A stretch of 64,000 nt of DNA from Trueperaceae bacterium (GTDB taxonomy: Bacteria; Deinococcota; Deinococci; Deinococcales; Trueperaceae): contig OZ243956.1 in assembly GCA_965214405.1 (NCBI GenBank), forward strand, positions 3,680,001-3,744,000, given 5' to 3'. Under the pieces are notes generated by a model. The model made no database searches. It saw only the letters and a list, made by a program, of their open reading frames with translations, and had not been told where the DNA came from. Both the position numbers and the translations under genes were made by a program. Of the stretch, positions 9,210 to 18,545 are shown one piece after another (the stretch's first letter is position 1; each line of letters starts with the position of its first letter).

Positions 9210-10324
9210 GTTGCCAGCGCTCGAGGAGGCGGCGCGGAAGTCGCCAGCAAGGAGACGAGCAGCGCCGTCGTCATCGCCTGGGTTACGCTGCCCATCCAGA
9301 TGTACGGGGTGTACCAGACGCCGCCGCCGTAGTTTGTTAAGAAAACAAACGCGTAAAAGGTGGCCCACAAAGAAAAGGCGACGAGCACATTAAAGGTGTG
9401 AAAGCGTAGCGGGCGCGCTGCCGAAGGTTTGAGAAGCGCGTAAAAAACGTCACAGAAAACACCGACCACCGTAAAGACGAGGACGAGGTCGGTGTTGAGC
9501 TCGAGCACCGACCCGTAAAGCCCGTAAAGCAAAAAGAACACCGTAAACGTACCCGCGGGCAGCCTAAAGCGCAAGGTGAGCCAAGCGAGCACACCCACCG
9601 TCATGGCGGTTTGAACGATGATGCCCATAATCCCCATCGTTTCCCCGAGATAATCGTTGTCCATGCGATTTTCGCTTAGCATGAGCCCTAAGCTGGTGCC
9701 GAAAAAGCTCATTGACACAAACGCCAGCACGTTGAAGAAACTCGCCCAGGCGATGAGCGCGGGCAAAAAACCCAGAAAAGACGCCCACCAGCCTTTCTCC
9801 CCGGCTCTTTTCTCGGTGTCTCGCCCGCTCGCGTCCGCCACCTCCCGCCGTTTGAGCGCGGCCCTGGCCGGTCCGATGCTGAGCAGCGCCCACCCGATAA
9901 AGAGGCCGATGTGGGTCGGGCTGTAGAGCGCCTCGTTATCGACCTCGAACCCAAAGAGCGCGTGCCCGCCCAAGTCAAACACGCCCGTCGCGCCGAAAAT
10001 AAAGAGCCCCAACGCCGAAACCAGGTAGCCAGCGGGCACGGCGTTGAGACCGCCAAAGCCCTCCAAGCGGTTCATGAACGCCGTGCCGAAAAGCCACGCG
10101 CCCATCGCTATCAGGGAGCTGTAAAAGAGCAGGTGGTACTCGCTCAAGACCGACTGGTCCGGCCCGAACGAGGCGTGCGACCAGCCGTCCATGTAGATGC
10201 CGATGGTTACCAGAAAGACCAGGGCGGTGTAGACCCAGTCGAAAGCCAGGGTGCTTAGCGGCGCGCGAGTTGCGCGGGCCGTCGCGGGTTCGAAGTTCCT
10301 CTTGTTGGGGGCGCGGGTAACCAT
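9206..10324 (-). CDS. Polytopic membrane protein with two D-x3-H...H motifs
   Basis: About 9 hydrophobic segments; MDGWSH-x13-HLLFY and FDLGGH-x16-H; GAGGAG RBS. Confidence 0.8.
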   Translation of the reverse strand: MVTRAPNKRNFEPATARATRAPLSTLAFDWVYTALVFLVTIGIYMDGWSHASFGPDQSVLSEYHLLFYSSLIAMGAWLFGTAFMNRLEGFGGLNAVPAGYLVSALGLFIFGATGVFDLGGHALFGFEVDNEALYSPTHIGLFIGWALLSIGPARAALKRREVADASGRDTEKRAGEKGWWASFLGFLPALIAWASFFNVLAFVSMSFFGTSLGLMLSENRMDNDYLGETMGIMGIIVQTAMTVGVLAWLTLRFRLPAGTFTVFFLLYGLYGSVLELNTDLVLVFTVVGVFCDVFYALLKPSAARPLRFHTFNVLVAFSLWATFYAFVFLTNYGGGVWYTPYIWMGSVTQAMTTALLVSLLATSAPPPRALAT

Positions 10325-10579
10325 AAAATCTCCTCGTGTGCGTTCAGTGTAGGAGCGGGTGACGGTGTTCGCACTATAAATTCACACTATAAAACAGCAT
10401 ACTGTTGCCTCTTGCCTCTGCCGAAAGTAGGAGGCGGGCTGTGAGGTGTGTTGTGAGACAATGGGGGAGTTGGCTTAACCGGATGCGTGGCTCAGAAGTG
10501 CTTGCTCGAGCAGACTCAGACTCACCGCCAAAAATCTAATCAATCTCCCTTGAGAGCGCTGCATCTCGTCTAAAAACAC

Positions 10580-10635
10580 TTGACAAAAGAACAACCAGCG
10601 CCTATCTTTTGATTACTGACTGACTATCAGTCAGT
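10580..10635 (+). promoter_or_regulatory. Sigma70 promoter and perfect palindromic operator upstream of the P450 pair
   Basis: TTGACA 10580-10585, 17 nt spacer, TATCTT 10603-10608; ACTGACTGA-cta-TCAGTCAGT 10615-10635. Confidence 0.75.
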
Positions 10636-10735
10636 GAAGTGAGTGTAGCTGAGAATTGGCAGATTTGCAAGTGGTCAGATTGAAAGGTGGTCGTTACAGC
10701 GTGAGAGAACCCGAATCCAAAGTAAGGTGGTGCGT

Positions 10736-12097
10736 ATGACCCTCCCCCCCGGCCCCAAAGGACACCCCGTCATCGGCAGCTTCTTGGCCTACCGCGCCGA
10801 CCCGCTCGCCTTTTTCGATTCGCTGCGCGACTACGGCTTTGTAACGCGTATACGCGTCATGGGCCACGAGTTTTGCGTGGTTTCGCACCCCGACCCCACC
10901 GAAGAGGTGCTGGTCACCAAGGCGCGGAGCTTTAGAAAGAGCAAAGACTACCGCGAGGGCTTGGCGTTTTTGGGCAACGGCCTGCTCAATTCCGAGGGCG
11001 ACTTTTGGCTCCGGCAGCGGCGGCTCGAGCAGCCCGCCTTTCACCGCGCGCGCGTCCACGCCTACGGCGAGACGATGGTCGCTTACACCGAGCGGTTGTT
11101 AGAGACGTGGCGGGACGGCGAGGCGCGCGACGTTCACAAGGACATGATGCGCGTGACGCTCGAGATTGTCACCAAAACGCTTTTCGACGTGGACATCGCC
11201 GACGGGGCCGAGGAGGTGGAGGAGGCGATGGAGCTCTTTATGGTCGATACCATGAGCGAAGGCAACCTCCTGCAAATCCTCTTGCCCCAGAAGTTGGCCG
11301 AACGCTTTAACGGGCGTTTGCAACGCGCGCAGGCGGGCATCGACGGGATCGTTTACGGGATGATTGAGGCGCGGCGGCAGGAGGGCGAAGGGGGCCAGGA
11401 CCGGGGCGACCTTATGTCGATGCTCCTGCACGCGCAAGACGCCGACACGGGCGAACGCATGAGCGACACCCAACTCCGCGACGAACTCATGACGCTCCTC
11501 ATGGCGGGCCACGAAACCACCGCCAACGCGCTCGCCTGGACCTGGGTCTTGCTGGCCGAAAACCCCGAGGCGGAGGCGCGACTCGGCGCGGAACTCGACG
11601 AGGTTCTTAACGGACGCGCGCCCACGCTTAGCGACCTGCCGAACCTGCGCTACACCGAATGGGTCATCAAAGAGTCCATGCGCCTCCTCCCGCCCGTATG
11701 GAGCGTGGGCCGCGAGGCGTTGGAAGACTGCGTCATCGGCGGTTACACCATACCCAAGGGGATGCAGGTCTCGCCCTTTCAGTGGCTCACCCACCGCGAC
11801 GGGCGCTTTTTTGAGGACCCGTTAGCGTTCAAGCCCGAGAGGTGGGCGGACGGTTTGGAAAAGCGCCTCCCCCGCTACGCCTACTTTCCCTTCGGCGGCG
11901 GCTCGCGGATGTGCATCGGCTCAAGCTTCGCCTCGATGGAAGCCGTGCTCGTGCTGGCGACGCTCGCGCAACATTTTAAGCTCAGGCTCACCCATCCCGA
12001 AGAAATCGTGCCTTCCCCGACCATCACTTTGCGGCCCAAACACGGCGTGAAGGTGAGGTTGGAGGCGCGCGTGCCCGCTCCCGCAGCGGTTGCGTAA
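10736..12097 (+). CDS. Cytochrome P450
   Basis: PPGP, AGHETT, ESMR (ExxR), FKPERW, FPFGGGSRMCIG. Confidence 0.97.
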   Translation: MTLPPGPKGHPVIGSFLAYRADPLAFFDSLRDYGFVTRIRVMGHEFCVVSHPDPTEEVLVTKARSFRKSKDYREGLAFLGNGLLNSEGDFWLRQRRLEQPAFHRARVHAYGETMVAYTERLLETWRDGEARDVHKDMMRVTLEIVTKTLFDVDIADGAEEVEEAMELFMVDTMSEGNLLQILLPQKLAERFNGRLQRAQAGIDGIVYGMIEARRQEGEGGQDRGDLMSMLLHAQDADTGERMSDTQLRDELMTLLMAGHETTANALAWTWVLLAENPEAEARLGAELDEVLNGRAPTLSDLPNLRYTEWVIKESMRLLPPVWSVGREALEDCVIGGYTIPKGMQVSPFQWLTHRDGRFFEDPLAFKPERWADGLEKRLPRYAYFPFGGGSRMCIGSSFASMEAVLVLATLAQHFKLRLTHPEEIVPSPTITLRPKHGVKVRLEARVPAPAAVA

Positions 12098-12149
12098 ACC
12101 CATCACATTTTGCGTTCTATGGTTGTAAAACTCTGTAAAGGGAGATTGT

Positions 12150-13460
12150 ATGTCCGTCCAGCCCGTTTCTAAAGGCGTCAACGACCTACCCCACGTCACC
12201 ATCCCCGAGGATTACTTCGCCCGCGTCGGCCCCTTTTTGGCCGAGTGCTACGAGGCGCACGGCCCCATCTTCGCCGCCGACTGGCCCGGCTACAGGGTCG
12301 TTTACATGGTTGGCCCCGAGGCGAACCGCTTTGTGCTCCTCAGTAACCGCAAGGCGTTCTCGCACGACCTGGGCTGGACGCCAATGATCGGCCCCATCAT
12401 GGGCAAGGGGCTCCTCAACATGGACGGCCCCGAACATAACGCGCAGCGCAAGATGATGAACCCAGCCTTTGCGACCTCGTACATGGACCGCTATCTGCCC
12501 ATCATGAACCGCGTGATAGAAACGCGCACGGCGGACTGGGCGGCGCGCAGCACCGTAGACCTCTACGACGAGGCGCGCAAAATCACCTTCGACGTGGCCG
12601 CGGAGGCGCTGGTCGGTTTCAAGGCGGGGCCTTTGACGGACCGCTTCCGCGAACTCTTCGTGACCCTGTTGCAGGGCGACGCGGGCGCTGGAAACGATGA
12701 AGAGGCGTACGGGTCGATGTTGGCGGCTCGAGACACGCTCATGCCGCTACTGCTCGAGCAGATCAACGCGCGCCGCGCGCACCCCACCGACGACATCTTA
12801 GGCCTTCTAGTCTCCGCTCGAGACGGCGAGGGCCGCGCGCTCTCCGACATGCAGATTCTGGCGCACCTGAATATCTTGCTCGTCGCGGGCCACGAGACCT
12901 CGACGAGCCTGAGCACCTGGCTGCTTTACCTCCTCGTCATGCACCCGGACTACCTGGCGCGGGTGCGTGCGGAACTGTCGGAGATGTTGGGCGACGCGGA
13001 GCCGCATTTAGACGCGGTCAAGGGGATGAAGGTTTTGGGCTACGCGCTTTCTGAAGCCGAACGCCTCTACCCGCCCGTCGCCAACGGGCCAAGGGGGAGC
13101 GCAGAGAGCTTTACCTTTGAGGGTTACACCATCCCGGCGGGCCAGCGCGTGCTCTACTCGATTGCCGCGAGTCACCTCCTGCCGCACGTGTGGACCCTAC
13201 CCACCCTTTTCGACCCGGACCGCTTCGCGCCGCCCCGCGAGGAGGACAAGAAACACCCGTTCGCCCTCGTCGGTTTCGGCGGCGGGCCGCGGGTCTGCAT
13301 CGGGCTCAACTTTGCGACGGTCGAAATCAAGGCGATGGCCGCGATTATTCTGAGAAAATATAACCTGGAGGTCGCGCCCAACCAGACCATCATGCAGGTG
13401 TACCAGGGGACGGGCGCGCCGCTAAACGGGATGAAGGTGCAGGTGACGCCGCGTGTATAA
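12150..13460 (+). CDS. Cytochrome P450
   Basis: AGHETS, EAER, FDPDRF, FGGGPRVCIG; GGGAG RBS. Confidence 0.97.
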   Translation: MSVQPVSKGVNDLPHVTIPEDYFARVGPFLAECYEAHGPIFAADWPGYRVVYMVGPEANRFVLLSNRKAFSHDLGWTPMIGPIMGKGLLNMDGPEHNAQRKMMNPAFATSYMDRYLPIMNRVIETRTADWAARSTVDLYDEARKITFDVAAEALVGFKAGPLTDRFRELFVTLLQGDAGAGNDEEAYGSMLAARDTLMPLLLEQINARRAHPTDDILGLLVSARDGEGRALSDMQILAHLNILLVAGHETSTSLSTWLLYLLVMHPDYLARVRAELSEMLGDAEPHLDAVKGMKVLGYALSEAERLYPPVANGPRGSAESFTFEGYTIPAGQRVLYSIAASHLLPHVWTLPTLFDPDRFAPPREEDKKHPFALVGFGGGPRVCIGLNFATVEIKAMAAIILRKYNLEVAPNQTIMQVYQGTGAPLNGMKVQVTPRV

Positions 13461-13546
13461 AAGTGATGAGTGGGTAGGGGTTAAAGGGTTGGTGGGGGGC
13501 TCGAGCCCCCACGCGCCCCCAAACGTGTAAAGATGGATGCGTCTTT

Positions 13547-14341
13547 ATGAGACGTACACGTGTTCCCTGGAAACGCCTCTTCACCCTCCTCGGCCTGCTC
13601 GCCCTCGTTGCGCTGAGTTTTGGCGTGGGTCGGCTCTACCCTGTACTCGTCCGCCCGCCCTTGGTGGTGGGGCAAGACGCCGTCGTTGACAACGGGGTCG
13701 GGGCGGGGCTCGAGGACACCCTCTCCGCCTCTTTTGTGGACGCAGCGGGCGGCTATCTCATCGTTCGTCCGGAGGGGGAAAGCCATACTTTATTCATTTT
13801 CTATCCTGGTGGCCTGGTGCGGCCTCAAGCTTATGAGTGGTTGGGACACGCGTTAGCGCCTCTCGGCGTAACCACCGTCATCCCCCGTTTCCCTTTCGAC
13901 CTCGCCGTTACCGCGCCGGGCCGGGCGGCGCGGCTTGTGGAGCATCTGAACGCAGGGGGCGCGTTTGGGCGGGTGATTCTGGGCGGTCACTCCCTGGGCG
14001 GCGCGATGGCGGTGCGCTTTGTAAAAGGCCATCCTGAAACTGTAGATGCGCTCGTCCTCATGGGCGCGTTTGGCCCCGTGTCGGATGACCTCTCGAGTGT
14101 TCAGCTTCCCACCCTCGTCCTGGTCGCCCAGAACGACGGGCTGGCGACGTTGGGGGAGGTGCGTGAAGGGTTGGCGCGGCTCCCGGCGGACGCGCAGCTT
14201 ATAGAAATCGAGGGCGCAGTCCACGCCTTTTTCGGGCGCTATGGTCCCCAACGGGGCGACGGGCTGCCGACGGTGAACCGGGGAGAGGCGGAGGCGGAAG
14301 TCATCGCCGCGCTTACCTCTTTTGTGCGGAGTCTTGAGTAG
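13547..14341 (+). CDS. Membrane-anchored alpha/beta hydrolase (Abhydrolase_5-like carboxylesterase)
   Basis: IFYPGG, GGHSLGG, NDGL, IEGAVHAFFG-x-YGPQ-x-GDG. Confidence 0.85.
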   Translation: MRRTRVPWKRLFTLLGLLALVALSFGVGRLYPVLVRPPLVVGQDAVVDNGVGAGLEDTLSASFVDAAGGYLIVRPEGESHTLFIFYPGGLVRPQAYEWLGHALAPLGVTTVIPRFPFDLAVTAPGRAARLVEHLNAGGAFGRVILGGHSLGGAMAVRFVKGHPETVDALVLMGAFGPVSDDLSSVQLPTLVLVAQNDGLATLGEVREGLARLPADAQLIEIEGAVHAFFGRYGPQRGDGLPTVNRGEAEAEVIAALTSFVRSLE

Positions 14342-14350
14342 CATAGGGGC

Positions 14351-15028
14351 ATGAGCGATATCAAAACACAAGCAACCTCGCACGCTGAATTTCTTGCTGA
14401 CTGGCTAGCAGAACTGCCCGACCTTTCTCTAAATGAATTCGAGCCCCGACGAACCGCCTTGGCGAGCGTGGACGTCATCGAAGGCTTTCACCGCGTCGGC
14501 GCGCTGGCGAGCCCCCGTGTTGAGGCGATTATCCCCAACGTGGTTGGGCTGGTTGAAAGGCTCGAGCAGCGCGACGTCCCCTATGAAAACATCGCGTTTA
14601 TTCAGGACACGCACCCCGAAAACGCGCAGGAGTTTTCCGCCTACCCGCCCCACTGCGTCGAGGGCACCGAGGAGGCGCAGGCGGTGCGCGAGCTTCGGGC
14701 GCTGCCGCATTGGGGAAAGTACGGGCATTTTCAAAAAAACAGCATCGCCAGCCACACCAGCGAGGGATTTAATAAATGGCTCGAGTCGCGCGACGTAGAC
14801 ACGATTATCGCCGTCGGCGACGTGAGCGACCTCTGTTTATACACGCTTGCGATTCACCTACAAACGCGCAGTTTTGCGCTGGGGCTGGGCCAGCGTATCA
14901 TCGTTCCCGAAACGTGCGTGCAGACTTGGGACGCGCCCGACCATCCCGGCGACCTCTACCACGCGCTCTTTTTGCACCAGTTGGCGCGTAACGGGGTGGA
15001 AGTGGTGAGGGACATTAAACCTGCATAA
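14351..15028 (+). CDS. Cysteine hydrolase / isochorismatase-nicotinamidase family protein
   Basis: VDVIEGF, QDTH, YPPHC-x2-GT-x-E, KNS, DLC. Confidence 0.85.
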   Translation: MSDIKTQATSHAEFLADWLAELPDLSLNEFEPRRTALASVDVIEGFHRVGALASPRVEAIIPNVVGLVERLEQRDVPYENIAFIQDTHPENAQEFSAYPPHCVEGTEEAQAVRELRALPHWGKYGHFQKNSIASHTSEGFNKWLESRDVDTIIAVGDVSDLCLYTLAIHLQTRSFALGLGQRIIVPETCVQTWDAPDHPGDLYHALFLHQLARNGVEVVRDIKPA

Positions 15029-15354
15029 GGACCAGTTTCCTGCGATATGTCTCACTAAAACTGTTGCTCAGTTGATACGGTGAGAAGTCTAGCCAACCTC
15101 CAGCACCGGAGGCTGATAATCGTCCGTAAACTGTTTGACGGTAGGCCGTCGCTGGATTAGGTACCTTGAAAACAGTCGCGGGATTAAATCAACGTCCTGA
15201 TGGCCTGCTGAGATGCGGTTGTCGGCAAAGTCATCAACTGGCACTTCAGCTTGTTTTGTAGAAACGTATGTTCCATTGTGGGGGGTGAGCATACCTGAAA
15301 ATTTCGGTCACGGCGTAAATCACTCGTCTCAAGAACCACTTGTAGGAGGATTTC

Positions 15355-15963
15355 ATGTTTACTACGTTTAACTCGCACAGCCTTAGAGGTTTACTCGCAG
15401 CATTAGCCGTCTTGGGTACACTCTTAATCGCCACCGCCACGGCGCAGGAGCAGATGTCTTTGGACGAGGTTCTGGCTAGCTGGCCCGAAACGCCGCGTGA
15501 AGTAGCGATGACAACCATCGAGAAATATGGTCAGCCCGACGGCGTCACGGAGAGTAGGCTGATCTGGCACGACACCGGGCCGTGGAACCACACGATCGTT
15601 TACCGCGACGTAGTGCAGCACGACTTTCCGATGCCGCACCCGGACTTGCTCGAGCAGGTCATCGACTATCAGGTGCCCGTGGACATGTTTGACGAACTCG
15701 CCGCCTATGACGGCAGCGTCATCGTAGAGCGCACGAAGGGCACGATGGCGGCCCGCTGTGACAAGGAAGAGATGAACTTCCTCGCGCTCAACCTAGCCAA
15801 CGACATCATCACGGGCCAGCGTACGGTCGAAGAGGCGCGACAGTTCTATGCGGAGACGGCGATGGCCTTTATGAACGGGGAAACGCCGCCTTACACTCAG
15901 GGGCTGCAGTTTGAAGTTCCGAGCGACGCCGGCGATCCCGATGAGCCCGCTCAACAGAATTAA
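15355..15963 (+). CDS. Secreted conserved hypothetical protein
   Basis: GGAGGA RBS, signal peptide, HDFPMPHPD and ARCDKEEMNFLALNLA motifs. Confidence 0.75.
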   Translation: MFTTFNSHSLRGLLAALAVLGTLLIATATAQEQMSLDEVLASWPETPREVAMTTIEKYGQPDGVTESRLIWHDTGPWNHTIVYRDVVQHDFPMPHPDLLEQVIDYQVPVDMFDELAAYDGSVIVERTKGTMAARCDKEEMNFLALNLANDIITGQRTVEEARQFYAETAMAFMNGETPPYTQGLQFEVPSDAGDPDEPAQQN

Positions 15964-16055
15964 GTAAGCCACTGAGCAAGCTACGTAGCAGCCTCGCCAC
16001 GAGAAACGCCGCGGGCGTATAGCGAGGGGAAGCCGCTGGGCGCTGCTTAATGCTA

Positions 16056-16113
16056 GCGGTTGGGAACCGCTCGAGCTAGGCCTCAACACCTGGCTCGAGC
16101 GGTTCCCAACCGC
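16056..16113. repeat. Perfect 21-bp inverted repeat (long hairpin)
   Basis: GCGGTTGGGAACCGCTCGAGC (16056-16076) / GCTCGAGCGGTTCCCAACCGC (16093-16113). Confidence 0.9.
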
Positions 16114-16274
16114 AGGTTCTTGTTAACGAGGGTTACACTTATCGCCTCCCTCGTCTGGCCCCTCTAGCCGTCACGCACCGCTGGGCGTCTCTCCCGCTCG
16201 GGGAGGCGTATAGAAAAACGTGTCGAGAAAGCGCGCCATCTCGGCGGGCGGGTAGGGGCCGGGAACTGTCTGGG

Positions 16275-17828
16275 TCATTCGTGCAGGAGCGAGCGCCCCG
16301 TCATTTCGGGGGGCTTGGGGACGTTGAGGAGCTCGAGCACCGTCGGCGCGACGTCGCCCAGCGCTCCGCCCGCGCGCAGCTTTAGGTTTTTGGTCACGGA
16401 CTCATCCGCCACGACGATAAAAGGCACCGGGTTGGTCGTGTGCGCGGTGTGGGGGCCGCCGTTCTCGGCAATCATTTTTTCGGCGTTGCCGTGGTCCGCC
16501 AAAATGAGCGCCGCCCCGCCCTTGGCGCGTACCGCGCTCACCAACCGCCCTAGTTCCTTGTCCGCCGTCTCGCACGCTTTTATCGCGGCTTCGAGTACGC
16601 CCGTGTGCCCGACCATGTCGGGGTTGGCGTAGTTGAGCAGGATGAAGGCGTCGTCATGGTCTCTAAGGCGCTCCAACGCCTTGTCGGTAAGCGCCGCGGC
16701 GCTCATCTCGGGTTGCAAGTCGTAGGTCGCCACTCTGGGCGAGGGCTCCATGTAACGCGACTCGCCCGGCATCGCGTCCTCGCGCTGCGCGTTGAAAAAG
16801 AAGGTCACGTGCGGGTACTTTTCGGTTTCCGCGGTGTGGTACTGCTTTAGCCCCGCGTTCGACAGCACCTCGGCCAGGGGATGCGTGATTTCCGGCAGCT
16901 TAAAGGCGGCGGGCGCGCGGATGTCCTCGGCGTAGGCCATCATCGAGGCGTAGGAGATGTTTTTGAGGACGCGGCAGCGCTCAAACGAGTTGAAATCTTC
17001 GTTGAGCAGCGCGTAGGTGAGTTGCCGCGCGCGGTCCGAGCGGAAGTTGAAAAAGAAAATTCCGTCGCCGTCCTCGACCGTTGTAGCCTCTCCCGCCTCG
17101 TTAACAACGACGGTGGGCTGGATGAACTCGTCGGTTTCGTCGCGGTTGTAAGCCCCCTGCACCGCCTCTTCGCCGCTCGAGGCTGTAAACGCACTCTCTC
17201 CGCACACAATCGCGTTGTAGGCGCGCTCTGTACGGTCCCACCTTTTATCGCGGTCCATCGCGTAGTAGCGCCCGCTCACCGAGGCGACGCGCGCCCCCGG
17301 CAGTTCGTTCAGGTTGCCCGTCAACTCCTCCATAAAGCGAATCGCCGTCGAGGGACCCACGTCGCGCCCGTCGGTGAAAACGTGGAGCGCGACGTCGCAG
17401 TCGGTGTTGCGGCTGGCAAGCTCGAGCAGCGCGTACAAATGCGCCAAATCGCTATGCACGCCGCCGTCGCTCACCAAACCCATAAAGTGCAGCGTGTTGC
17501 CCTTGCAGCCCCCCAAAACCTCCCCCAACACCTCGTTTTTAGCAAAGTCGCCGCTGTCGATGAGCGCCTGGATATAGGTCTGCTTCTGCATCACCACCCG
17601 GCCCGCGCCCAAATTCATGTGCCCCACTTCCGAGTTGCCGATCTGCCCCTCCGGCAGCCCCACCGCCAGCCCCGACGCGGCTAACTGCGTGTGCGGACAG
17701 TCGCGCCAGTAGCGGTCAAAGTTGGGCGTGTCGGCCAGCGTCACGGCGTTGCCCGGACCCTCGGGTGCGAGGCCGAAGCCGTCCAGGATGATGAGCGCCA
17801 CGGGTGAGACAGGGTTTCTCTCTCTCAC
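16275..17828 (-). CDS. gpmI: 2,3-bisphosphoglycerate-independent phosphoglycerate mutase
   Basis: LIILDGFG, GNSEVGH, GRYYAMDRD, AETEKYPHVT, NPDMVGHTG, ADHGN. Confidence 0.97.
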   Translation of the reverse strand: MRERNPVSPVALIILDGFGLAPEGPGNAVTLADTPNFDRYWRDCPHTQLAASGLAVGLPEGQIGNSEVGHMNLGAGRVVMQKQTYIQALIDSGDFAKNEVLGEVLGGCKGNTLHFMGLVSDGGVHSDLAHLYALLELASRNTDCDVALHVFTDGRDVGPSTAIRFMEELTGNLNELPGARVASVSGRYYAMDRDKRWDRTERAYNAIVCGESAFTASSGEEAVQGAYNRDETDEFIQPTVVVNEAGEATTVEDGDGIFFFNFRSDRARQLTYALLNEDFNSFERCRVLKNISYASMMAYAEDIRAPAAFKLPEITHPLAEVLSNAGLKQYHTAETEKYPHVTFFFNAQREDAMPGESRYMEPSPRVATYDLQPEMSAAALTDKALERLRDHDDAFILLNYANPDMVGHTGVLEAAIKACETADKELGRLVSAVRAKGGAALILADHGNAEKMIAENGGPHTAHTTNPVPFIVVADESVTKNLKLRAGGALGDVAPTVLELLNVPKPPEMTGRSLLHE

Positions 17829-18367
17829 GGGGCTCGAGTACCGGTCGCGCCGGTAGACGTGCTGGCGGACGCCGTAGTGGATGCTGTGGGCTCGGGCTCC
17901 TCGAGCAGCCTAAAGCCCTCGATATGCACCATCACGATAAACTCACTTTTATAGAGATAAAACTCCCGCACCTCCACCCCCTCCACGCGCTCGCGGATGA
18001 TTTTGTTGAGGTCCACAAGAATCTCCGGCGGCTCCTGCGGGTTTTTGGGCGCGAGGATGGTAATCCCTTTCATGCTAGGCAGCGAAAACACGCCCAGCAA
18101 GAGTTTAATCACGCGCGTCGCAGAGAGCGAAAACACGCTCGTTTGCAAGGAAAAGCGCGCCGTCCCGTTCGTAAAGTCGCGGTACTGCAACGCCACGTTG
18201 ACCTTGGGCGAGACCGCCCTGAGAAAGCCCGGCAGCGACGCCTCGGGGTTGACGGTCACAAAAATGGTGTCACCCTCGCAGCGAAGCGTCTCGAGCGCCT
18301 TGGGAAAGGGCCGCGCGCCCCGCGCCATATCGACAAGTTCGGTAAAAGGAAGAACGATTTGGGCCAT
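17825..18367 (-). CDS. Hypothetical protein
   Basis: AAGGA RBS; stop overlaps gpmI start (GTGA). Confidence 0.7.
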   Translation of the reverse strand: MAQIVLPFTELVDMARGARPFPKALETLRCEGDTIFVTVNPEASLPGFLRAVSPKVNVALQYRDFTNGTARFSLQTSVFSLSATRVIKLLLGVFSLPSMKGITILAPKNPQEPPEILVDLNKIIRERVEGVEVREFYLYKSEFIVMVHIEGFRLLEEPEPTASTTASASTSTGATGTRAP

Positions 18368-18545
18368 GTGGGTTCCTTAAGAAGAGAATCTCATTACCTG
18401 CCAGAGTATACGCCCCAACCGGGTTGAGTTGAAGTTTCGCCAGGACGCAGTTGAGGGTTGGCGGGGTGAGGGCTCGAGCCTTACGTCAACGTAACATGTG
18501 ACTCTTTTTGAAGTCCAGCCACGCCACCCCGCCTAGAATGAACCC

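Noticed and set aside
9206..10324. Calling the membrane protein a true pMMO/AMO subunit C
   Set aside because: No PmoA/PmoB orthologues; the motif is duplicated and spacing differs (x13, x16 versus x12); only motif-level resemblance
15030..15340. Lower-GC intergenic stretch with short ORFs (15089-15292 etc.)
   Set aside because: No recognisable motif or start signal; could be a decayed gene but this cannot be supported
16056..16113. Possible CRISPR repeat or integron attC site
   Set aside because: Single hairpin, no repeat-spacer periodicity, and no cas or integrase genes in the window
1573..17684. Other long shadow ORFs (1573-2355, 11099-11794, 16881-17684 and similar)
   Set aside because: They lie opposite well-supported genes and have shadow-like composition
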